From contig OZ037770.1 of the NCBI GenBank assembly GCA_964035545.1, forward strand, positions 10,746,463 to 10,810,462: a stretch of 64,000 nt of DNA, given 5' to 3'. The notes under the pieces were generated by a model that searched no databases, was not told where the DNA came from, and worked only from the letters and a program-made list of their open reading frames with translations. The DNA comes from Bugula neritina. Lineage: Eukaryota > Animalia > Bryozoa. Of the stretch, positions 1 to 15,500 are shown piece by piece (the stretch's first letter is position 1; each line of letters opens with the position of its first letter). Both the position numbers and the translations under genes were made by a program.

Positions 1-936
1 TTCTAGGCAATATGTTAATTTAGAATTTACAAAAGAGTTATATATTTGTATTAGAATTTTTCTAGGTAGGTGATGGGAACATTTACTTATCAAGCCTACT
101 AAGGGCCTTAGGTTTTGGCAAAGTTTGCTGCAATGTTGTTGCCAAGATAGATGTGAATCTATTATAATACCTAAGAAGGTAGTTGATTTTACCTCCACTA
201 ATTTTTTGTTGAACATTTCTAAGGCAAAGCCATTTAAATCTTGTTTATTTTGCGCTGTTTTGATTATCATATAGTGCTTGTAAAATGTTTATAAATAGTC
301 AAATAGTCGAGTTGCAGATTTCCACACATATAGTATCATATTATATTCTAGTTTTTAAAGTATTTTAGCAGGTTATATTATACATGTAGAGTCTAACAAC
401 CTTCTTGTTTAACTTTCTTAAAACTTTAAAAGTGTTCTCCATATGTCAAGTATGACTAATCAATATTTTTTATAACTAATCAATATTTTTTATATATAAT
501 CAATATTTTTTCCAATAAACACACAAGTTTTATTTAAAAATTTACCAAACTGTTATAAGTAATGCTATTTGATATTTCTAAGTATAGTATTCAAACAATA
601 CTCAAGTTTTTAATTGACACATAAAAATGTTTGACAGATATTACATTTCAAATTACTAGGAAACAAATTACAAGCCACATAAACATAATTGTCTTAATAA
701 TGAAATATGAATATGCATAGGATAATTTATAGCGTTATTAATATTAACAAGTAGTATATTTTATATTGACTGTTTTAATGGCATAAAAATTAGACCTGCA
801 TATTTGTGCAAACTTGCTAGCTATATAGTTAGGATTTTGAAATTGTGGTATTTTAGAATCATACTTTAATAATGCAAGTTATAGAAATGAAAGTCATATA
901 TCTTGTTTTGTTAAACATAATAATATTCTGTTTCAG

Positions 937-3980
<3,044 letters not shown>

Positions 3981-4289
3981 TTTGTAGTATAAGTTTCTAT
4001 CTTTTGATGTTATAAAATTTTGGAAATAAGTTTCCAACACTTTTGGAAGAAGATCAATAAGCTCCCACTTTTCATTTTGCATACTAGTAGCAGAGTTTTT
4101 TATTTGTATTTACAGTATATGTGCAGTGTTTGTGTTTTTAAAAAAATATAATAGAACTTTATAAATTAAATCTATATTCTAAATTTATTTTGCTATACTG
4201 AGCCTTTTCTTTTGTACCAGATGTACTGTTTGATATGTTTAGTCTTCAGACTGCAATAACCTGTTACTTTTACATTAAGTGCCTTAAAA

Positions 4290-4960
<671 letters not shown>

Positions 4961-7900
4961 TTTAAAAAGTATTGCATATGTGTATGAGCATATCATATAA
5001 TTTATTAAAGGTTCAGGCGTCAATGTTATGAGTAATAAATTATGTACTGTAAAGAAAACTGAGCATATATTTTTATATGTATAAATCAAACAAGATCCAG
5101 AAGCATTGATATGCTTTTCACTTGCCCTTGTTTCAAATTTCTATCACCCCTCATTATTGAACAATTAATGTCTTAATTTAAATCCAAATTAAGCAGCCGC
5201 AGTGCATACATATATAAAGTAGATATTTCTATGCTTGTATACACATGCATGTGTGAAAGTATGGAAAATATTTGCTCACGACATTTTAGGAATCTGATTT
5301 TACCCATAAATTTTCCTTTATATTTTGTATATTTTCTGAGATATTTTTACTTATTAGATTTGTTCATCCAGTGTTGTAAAGATGCAATGTGTTAGTAAAG
5401 TTCAACAAACAGTACTACATTAAACTAATTGGGTTTCTTCATATAGATTTATTGAGTAAAATAAACTCCAAGGGGTAAATGTATTGTTGAACTTCAGTTA
5501 TATATAAAGTGGTTTTGTTAGAGCATACATTTAATTACTTTTTCAAGTCCTCCTAATGTTACGCGTTTGATACCAATCATGAAAGAAAAGTCTTTGCAAA
5601 TCTTTTCAGAAATTTCTAACTATACTTATGAGCTCAAAGAGGTTATAAGCCCTGCATTTTTGTTTAACTTGAAAATTATTTTCAATGATAGTTGCATTTA
5701 GAGAGAGGTTTTCCAAGTAAGCATTTAGAGTGTTGATTTGGCTGTAAAGTACCCGGTTTGCTATAACATTATTTGAGTCTTGCTTGAAGTTTGAATGGAA
5801 TGGCGAATATAAACTCCTTTTAATAATGCTGAAAAAATTATCACCTAATAAAACTGCTTTGCTTAATTTGAAAGCTAATCTAACTGTTTGTAAACTATGT
5901 TGAGTGCAATTCAATAACTATTGAAGCTCAAAATAAAGCAATCATTTACCACACATTTAAATAGCAAAGTAACCTCCATTCTATCTTTAGAGCTATCTTT
6001 CCTCAAATTGATATTTGCAACGGGATAATGCTGTCAAGTGATTAAAAGTAGAAAATTAGTGATGATTATAAGCAATAGTCAGTGCTACTATATATAAGGT
6101 GTATCATAGCATTTAGTTTTCTGCTCTGTGCAATTGAGATCCTGCGTGCCATCTGAAATAAACATTTTATATAAATTTTATAGATGCATGCTATACAAGG
6201 GTAAATAGGAAGCTGATACCTAGCTGATTTGTGGTATATGCTATATATCACATTTATATTTGAAACAAAACGTTGTAATAAAAATTTAACATCCAACAAA
6301 TATATTGAAAAAAAATTAAATATGACAGCCATGAAGCTAAAGTTACATATACAACATTAAGACTCAAATTAGTCACACATGCAGATGAACTTTTTAATAT
6401 ACCAAATAAATAAACTGAATCTTAATATATTTATCAACAGCATGAGTAGCACATTAACTAGACATTATACATGCAATATATAGCATTGGAAACCAATAAT
6501 GTATGACTTTTAAATGTTTCAACTACATTTAAGAGTTACTAGTAGCCATGAACCTCAATCTCATGCAGATTAAGGATTGTTTCTGCATTGAACAAAATCT
6601 GAACAAAGCGGCCACTGATTGGTTGATCACATGTAATCAGAGTGTAGTATTGGTTGAGATAACCATCAACATATTTACACAGAACTTCTCTGTTAGATCC
6701 AGTAAACTCTATATCTTCCTCTACCATAGCAACTGTTACTTCGGTGTTGATTGATCTTTCACTATATTCTTTATCTATAACCAAAGAGAAATTGTTACTA
6801 TATGAAATAGTTTTTTAAGTCATATAAGTGCATGCAGAATTTCTACAGGAGGCAAAATTTTTTTAAGTAACTTAAACTCAGTTAGTGTAATGGGCACCTG
6901 ATTATACATGCAGTCAAGCAGCTATATATAAGGAAAGCTAAATAGCAAAATTAGATTCAGCCTAAACATAAATGACGGTCGAATACAAAATGATGCGTTT
7001 CTGTTGTTTTGATATTTGTTAATTTTTCAAATTTCTGCTTAACAAAAGCTGAAAAGAAAACTTTGAGCTGGTAATATATTAAATTTTGATGTGTATGATT
7101 TATTCCTTCTCAGTGGCCTAATTCCTTAACTTTGTATAGCTCTGTCTCTCACAAAAATGAGTAGACAATATGTAATCAAGTATACAAAGACACTAAAATT
7201 GAATATTGACAATAGATTGAAGAAAAGCAAATACACAGGCAAAAAAATCAAAAAAAAGTTCTTACTTTTATATCTGTTCAGAATTTTCACGGCCCAGACA
7301 CAGCGTACACCGCCCAAGTCTACTCTCCACCATGGTCTAATCTCTTGTTTACTGTGTATCATTGAAGCATGGATGTTTGCTAGTTGGTAGATTCCGTCAA
7401 CTGCGGCAGACACTTCCTCATATGAGTACAGTCCTTTAGGATCAACAAATATGGACGACATCTTTGCTGATTTATCTAACAAAATATATTTTTAAAATCA
7501 TCTAGCAATTTTTTAGCAAAAATTAGCAATAATTCTGTTTTTAAATATCGTATTATCTTTTGAGGTAAATATTTCTCAGAGATATTTTTTTACATTTTTT
7601 AAACTTTTTCTATGTATATTGTACATATATAGTGTTTTACTTTCATACTAAGAAAATATGACTTAGGATCTATGCTTTCCTATTATTTTTTACTATGTGA
7701 TGTAGCAATATATTATTGATGTCAAAATAATTAAGTTATATATAGTATAACTTTTTAAAACTGTTTTCACACACTGTTTAATAAGGTAGACAAATAGCTT
7801 CAAAAATTACATGGCACAATGAAGTACCGTCACAGAAAACAAGCTGATAGTTAACCTATTGAAATACTTTGCATACAGCTACAGATTATATATACCAAAT

Positions 7901-7977
7901 CACCAATTAGTAATAGAGTTAACCATTATTGACATTGACTGATTTACACGTTTACCCTCATTCACCCTTACCGAACA

Positions 7978-8240
7978 ATATGCAGTTACAGCAAATGTCA
8001 GCCATTTTTACAAATGTCTGAGCTCGCTGTACGCGTTGCTATGTACATTATAGGATCAAGCACTGCTTGATTCAAAAATGTGGCGACAGACTTCCATTAG
8101 GCAGAAAAACCTTTGCATTTTTAACTCATTGGATATAACTGTCCAATGAAGTGTCATAAATTGTACCTTATTGATGACATTAAAGATTTCAGTTCTGAAA
8201 ATTTAAAAATGGCTGATAGTTTACGTTACGGCCTACAGTA
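7978..8240. mobile_element. Possible MITE with imperfect terminal inverted repeats
   Basis: tcagccattttta (~7998) versus taaaaatggctga (~8204); outer ends degenerate. Confidence 0.35.
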
Positions 8241-8944
8241 CGAAAAGTGTGAAAGGGGGGGTACAAAAAAGAAGTTTAAATCTGAATATAATATACTAAA
8301 CAAAACAAGTTGAAAAGAAAGTTTAGCTAAGTATGATACATTATGCTTACTCCTGGCTAATAATTAACTGGAACGCTCTTCAACATCAGTTCTGATGTAG
8401 AAATCATGATCATCTTTCTTTCCTTCAGAAAGCAGATTAGGATTAACACATGTTTGAACAGAGCACTGCTTGGTTAGCCAATCAAATTCAAATCCATTGC
8501 ATTCTTCTCTTCTCATACAATCAAAGCCACAGTAGCTGGTGGAGCTGGCTGTCCCATAGTCATGCTGTGAAATGTTGGATGGAGATTCTGGCATGACATA
8601 ACTTTTGTAGAGGACACTCTGGTAACCAAACACAGCCAGAGCTGTGAGCTGTACCAACAGCACTGCAAAAAACCATGTAGGGAAAGCAATAAAATGTTTT
8701 CATCCTTAGTTTAATGACTTGCTGATACTTCTAGATAGCAGAAAAGCAAATTATAAGTTTTATAGGAAAACCAGAATATTTTCATGTGAGCTGTTGTAAC
8801 ATATTATTGTATATTTTGATTGTTCTGGTTAAACTTTTATAAAAATCTTTATGAGATTTTCAAAATATTTATCAACATATAAAATAGTTTACTAATAATT
8901 AAATAACTACAAATATGATTTTACTACTACATAATTATAGAAAT

Positions 8945-9581
8945 ATAAGTTTCTACTATTGCGAAGGTGCGGGCCATGGTACTCTGTTCTGTGCTGATGA
9001 GGGGACAAACCCCGAAACAGCTGCTGTCCACAGATTGAGGTATTATGCTCTCACTTAATGCTCAGCAATGACATTCAGTGATTGAGCACTCTCACCATGG
9101 TCACAAACTCAAGCTGCTAGCATTTTGCAAGGCTCGTGACTCCTAGGTGACCCCTAGAGTCACTTGAGCTCTCTGGCTTGAGTTTACACACCTTTTAAAT
9201 ATGCTTTAGTAGAAACATAAGTTTCTACTATTGCGAAGGTGCGGGCCATGGTACTCTGTTCTGTGCTGATGAAGGGACAAACCCCGAAACAGCTGCTGTC
9301 CACAGATTGAGGTATTATGCTCTCACTTAATGCTCAGCAATGACATTCAGTGATTGAGCTCTCTCACCATGGTCACAAACTCAAGCTGCTAGCATTTTGC
9401 AAGGCTCGTGACTCCTAGGTGACCCCTAGAGTCACTTGAGCTCTCTGGCTTGAGTTTACACACCTTTTGAATATGCTTTAGTAGAAACATAAGTTTCTAC
9501 TATTGCGAAGGTGTGGGCCATGGTACTCTGTTCTGTACTGATGAGGGGACAAACCCCGAAACAGCTGCTGTCCACAGATTG

Positions 9582-9586
<5 letters not shown>
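8945..9586 (+). ncRNA. Tandem non-LTR retrozyme-like repeat (272-bp unit, ~2.35 copies) with three type I hammerhead ribozymes
   Basis: Period 272 (gtttctacta at 8949, 9221, 9493). Core: TCTGTG-CTGATGA-GGGG acaaa CCCC-GAAA-CAG ctg CTG-TC-CACAGA, with CTGATGA at 8994, 9266, 9538. Ends in (TA)n. Confidence 0.9.
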
Positions 9587-9639
<53 letters not shown>

Positions 9640-10796
9640 TTATATAAATATATATGCATATATATATGATAAAATTGTAATTACACATAAGATGTATATG
9701 GAAAACAATTAAACTCACAGCTCCTGCTCGCCAAAAATCTGCTAGACATTTCTTTAATTCATTCAGTGGCCAAACGTCGTTGTAGGATTGTATCTAAAAA
9801 CCTTCTGATAGCTTCACCACAATTTCTTTATCTGAGCAAGAGTCCAGTGTTGATTAAGTTCTCAAGTCAGTTACAAAAAAATCAATTATTCAAGTTAAAC
9901 AAACTAAGAAAGCTCATTTGAAGCTAATGAGTTTCATAAAACTTTGTCCAACAGTAGTCACACTCTTGTTCTTTGATGAATTGAACTAAACATGTAATGA
10001 TAAAGGAAATTTGAAATAATAATTAATCCTGTTCTTTTAAATAAATCTATACGTGCAGAAAAATACATTACCTTACTATTGAAGTTTTTCAAACGGTTTC
10101 GTTTCATGAACTCTATGTAAAAACACATGTTTCATGTCAAAACCATCACGTTAAGCAGGAAATTAAGTAGAAATTAGGTACTTAAATCTAATAATATGCT
10201 ATGTATCATACAGCTTTCTGATGCATACATAGAACCTTCACAACATCTGTAGATAACATTTACAATATAAAATCCTATTTTACATTTTACATTATTGGTC
10301 AATAACTATATAAATATTATATGTTATATGTGAATTTGGCCTCTATCGGTTGCATCTGACCATAGAATGCACCCTATTATTGGGCTGAGCAGAAGCGCCT
10401 GTGGCTGTGCAGACCAACCTGTGAGTGATAGTATTTGTTACAAAAGTCACACTTGTACATAGACTCAGGTCTGTTAGTGGTGGCTTGAGCCCTTCCGCGT
10501 GCCCCTTTTTTCAGCAGCTGCACTGAGAAGTTTTTTGTTCCCTGATCTGACATGGTGCTTTAGGTGATAGGTGATAGAATGCAAAATTTTCCTATAGGAT
10601 GCTGTATCTATGCTTACAGATTTATATTTCTTTTGCAGATCAAAATCTTTGTTGTGGCAGCTGAGATCGTTTGCGATAGAAAATGTCCTTGGAAATGAGC
10701 CCTTTGTCCATGCGCCGCGCACACACATGCACACACACACACACACACACACACACGTACTCATGCACGCATGTATACATATATATATATATATAT

Positions 10797-11071
10797 GTCT
10801 CAATCTGTGGACAGCAGCTGTTTTGGGATTTGTCCCCTCATCAGCACAGAACAGAGTACCATGGCCCACACCTTCGCAATAGTAAAACTGATAGTTTTAC
10901 TAAAGCATATTTAAAAGGTGTGTAAACTTAAGCCAGAGTGCTCAAGTGACTCTAGGGGTCACCTAGGAGTCACGAGCATTGCAAAATGCTAGCAGCTTGA
11001 GTTTGTGACCATGGTGAGAGTGCTCAATCATTTAATGTCATTGCTGAGCATTAAATGAGAGCGTAATATCT

Positions 11072-11074
<3 letters not shown>
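10797..11074 (-). ncRNA. Single retrozyme-like monomer (same family), hammerhead with GAAA to AAAA mutation
   Basis: Reverse complement of the 272-bp unit between two (TA)n tracts; minus strand reads ctgatgaggggacaaatcccAaaacagctgctgtccacaga (10804-10850). Confidence 0.88.
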
Positions 11075-11164
<90 letters not shown>

Positions 11165-11172
11165 TATATATT

Positions 11173-11216
<44 letters not shown>

Positions 11217-11269
11217 TATATATTTGTATATATATATATATATTAATATATTATATATTACATATTATA

Positions 11270-11316
<47 letters not shown>

Positions 11317-12541
11317 CTATATAACCTACTACATTGTAGGAGCTACTGGGGAATCTTCACCCTACATGACCTGTCAAATAACTTTACAGAGCAATAGCTT
11401 TGACAAGTTGTAACTTCTTTATAAATTACTATGGATATCAACACTATTTTTATCTTTTACATATCTATTAATAAGTACAAAGTTTGCCATATACACTGAT
11501 ATAATGCTGTCTTATCTCAGGTTTCATCATACTATTTCAATATTGCCATAATATACGCTTAGACTGTGTAGCTTGAATGAGCTATATAAAGTCATGAATC
11601 AGTATTTTATCTCAATTCATATAAAACTAGAAGCTTTATAAACTTGTTAAAGGTAAGCCACTAAACATTATATCATTGATAATTATAGACCGTTGAATGT
11701 TATTGTGTTATCACTGTTGAAATTCAGCTGCAACAATCATAATTATTTAAAATTTAATCACAATACTCAGTTAGCTGGTTAGCCAATTATTGGTGCTTAG
11801 TAAGCAAAAGGTATATGTAGATTATTAATTTTAATGTACTGTAGAATTAAAATATAAGAGAATAGACCACTAGCTTGGTACATGGGTTTAATTCTCGGCA
11901 GGGCTATTGATAGCGTCAAAAAGCGTCAGACCATAAATTTTATGTGACACAGCAGACGGCTCCTCAACTCACTTAGAAAACCTTTTACAATATGGGCCTG
12001 TTTTGTACTGCAGATAGAATTGTTAAGTATTGCAAGTACTGCAGGAAGCTACGTATATCAATTTAGCTTTTATGTAAGCATTAATATTATAATTACACAT
12101 CTTTTAGCATAGAAATATCATTTTTAATTTCAACATTTTATTACACTTATAAATAAAACTCTGCAAAGTTTTATTTATAAGTGCATTAAAATGTTGAAAT
12201 CAGAATTGATGTTTGAAGAAGTATGGAATTTGAAGCTAACCTAATTGAGAGATTGGGTGATGCCTACTTTGAACTATTCGCGCGTTGGATGACGCCATAC
12301 TTTTGGCATACAATTCGGTAGATACTCAGCCTAGTTTAAAAACATTAGCATAATATCAGTATGACTGCATAGTAGACCCCTACACTATTGGCATCAGGGT
12401 ATGCAAAATACCAAATTTTTGAAGTACTAGGTTCTAATATTTTTTCAATTTTGAAAAAGCTATAAATACATTTTTTTTTGGTAGTCTTAGTGTACAATTT
12501 TATATGTACATTATGAGAATATGTATAAAAATTCGATTTAG

Positions 12542-15500
12542 ATGAAACTCACTGGTGAAATCATGCAGAAGACACCAGCCAACAACGATGAATCATCCAC
12601 ACCTACTCAACAGCTCACTTGCTGTGTAATAAATGTGTACACAACTCCGACATCACCCAGTGAAGATGCTGTAGTAGGACAACTCAAAACAGGAAAGTAT
12701 CTGGCAGAATCGGTTAGCCTAGCGACTAGGTGAATATAGTACAAAAACTATTCCACTTCATTACCATGTAAAATTGACAAAAAAAAATCACTTGCCCACA
12801 CTCACTCATTTCCTGACACACTCACTCTTTTACTCACTCTTTCACTCACTCACTCACTCACTCACTCACTCACTCACTCACTCACTCACTCACTCACTCA
12901 CTCACTCACCCGCCCGCCCGCTTGCTTGCTCACTCACTCACTCACTCACTCACTCACTCACTCACCTACTTAAAACTCACTGTTGCTCAAAACTTTTGCA
13001 GTTTAAAAATTGTCTGTTATATACAACAAATATTTACAATTACTCAACTGCATAGATATTTTGTTTGCTTGTACTAACATTATTTCTATGTATGTGGCTT
13101 GCAGTTTGTCAGCTGTTCAGGTAGTCTGTGGTGTGCTGATGGTGGGTTTAGAAGTAGTTCCAGAATATTGGAGAGCTGTGGTGGCTAACAATGAAGATTT
13201 AGATTTATCTCTAGCCTATTCTACTAACAAACATGGATGTGGTTTCTGGACTGGCTTTCCAGTGGGTTAATATTCATTATAAAGTACTTTGAAAGTTTTT
13301 TGTTCAATAGATGCAGCAGTATTAGTTATAGATTTAGTTATTTGTTCCCTAAGCTCATTGTTGAGCAGTTTTACATATTTCAGGTTATCCTGACTGGCAT
13401 TATTGGCATATTAGCATGCAGGAAGAATATAAAAGGCCTGGTAAGATTAAACTAAGGCACAAATAATGTGAAACATTAAATAACTATATAGAATTGTTCA
13501 AAAATAAAATGGTTATAAAAGATATATATCTTTATAACTTCCCAGTTTGGCATTTGTGTTGTTTAATTTATTAGTTTTGAATAATTTATTTCAATAATTA
13601 TTTAAGCTGTTGGGTAAATATTTATAAGTTATTTTTATTATAATCAATGTATTTTTAAATGTTTGTCTAAAAGGCAAGGCATTTTACATTTATATCCCGT
13701 TTTGTTGTTAAAATTTTGTTTTTGTAAATTATTTAAATGTTTTAAATTTAAGCAATTGCCTAAACAGCTAAGTTATAGAAATCTATTAATAAATTATCAA
13801 GTAGGCCTAATAAAATGATTTAAGTTTAACTGTGGCAAGTTTTACATACTAAAAATCCAGCAAATGAAAAAATAGACAGAAGTAAATATTTACTTCAGCG
13901 TATTTGTAGCTTGCTAATTGCATATTTTCTTATTATTTTATGCAGATTGTCTCCCACCTGCTGTTAAACATCATGGCGGTTGGTCTAATCATAACAATGA
14001 TTACATTTGCTTCAATCAGTTTATCGGAACTGACAAACTGCAAAGTGTTTGGGAAACATGTGTATTTGATTAGGTAGGTACTGTTCACCCAGTTGTCTGC
14101 TGAGACTAGTTAATCAATTTTTGTTGGAGAAATCAATATGAACTGTTAAAAAGTGCCAAATTATTATTGTATATAAATCCAAGGTCTTTACCACAATCAG
14201 ATATTCACATCGTCCAACTATCGGACACTCACTGACTTTATCCTTTAGCAAAACAAACAACGAATCACGTGACTTAAGATAGCAGTGGTTTGGCACCAAG
14301 AGTGTGCAAGATTAAATTATATTATTATTCAACCTATTAAAGCATGTCTATTTTCTTACATTGTAAATATATTATTTTTAAACTTTGCAAAGGCAAAAGC
14401 CCTGTCAAAACATGCTGAAATGTCAAAAGAGTATATACTTTTGTCATTTAATGGAAATTAAAAAAATATCATCAATTTTGTTTCTAACTGAAAATGTTGT
14501 CATATTTACTTTATATTTGTTATAGAATACACTGTTGAGAAAATTTTGCATGGAAGTAAAAGTCATATGGTTTACATGTAATTAATGTAATTTATTTTAT
14601 TTTATAATTTGCAGTAGATATCAGCATGACAGAGACCAAAATACTTTTAATATGAGTCTATTTGGGGAGAACCTTATTTTCCAGACCCACGGCAACCACA
14701 GATCATTAAACATGTTCTATTGCCAAAGTGTGAGTTATAAAAATATAGATTATATGAGACTATTATGTACTATAATACTATGCAATATAATATTACTAAA
14801 ATGGTTTCATACTGTAATACTATTATATTGTACTATAATATTACTACACATATATTGTACTATTTTCTATCATATAATATTACATACAATGATATTTTAT
14901 TTTCTATTATATATATCACTATAATATTGTAATATTGTGTATTATATTACTAAATAGGAGTTTGATATTTTATAATATTATAATATTGTAATATTTTGCA
15001 TTATAATACTGCAATATAATATAATGCTAAAAGATTTTAATACTTTGTATCACTATGATAATATTATTCTATATTACCATATTGCTATAATATAATTGTC
15101 ACAAAACTGTTGGTAGCAGTGTGACGAGTTCGAAAAGTCTGGTAGTCAGAAGTATAGAGACAAGTAGCATACAGCTTGCTAATCCAGTTGAGAGTAAATA
15201 GAGTAGACTTTATTTCTCTAGTAAGATATGCACAGATGAATTTATAAAAATGAACTCCAAGAATGAACTTATAAAAAGGAACTGCGAGAATGAACTGATT
15301 CGTAAACACAACTGCCTCAGTATTTATAGTAAACAAAACACTCTAGAACATTCTCAAGCATTCCAGTATAGAAGATTCTAGTAGAAAACATTCCCCACAT
15401 ACCAATACTATTTATAGAAAATCAAAACAAAACATTGGAATTTCCATGGTTATTTCGCAATTATTGCGCAATACCTTGTTTACATTGCTGGACAGTAGTT

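Larger units (their letters stand above)
6539..9749 (-). pseudogene. PAN/Apple + F-type lectin (fucolectin-like) gene with premature TAA
   Basis: Phase-compatible exons 9749-9719, 8662-8351, 7475-7266, 6774-6539. Hydrophobic leader LLLVQLTALAVFG; PAN-like CGFDCMRREECNGFEF..C; F-lectin motifs LARNKSAKMSS, AAVDG, H..PWWRVDLG..V.ILNR, CDQPISGRFV, LHEIEVHG. In-frame TAA at 8364-8366, 13 nt before the donor. Confidence 0.8.

Noticed and set aside
8945-9586. CRISPR-like array
   Set aside because: Whole 272-bp units repeat with no unique spacers; eukaryotic context and no cas genes.
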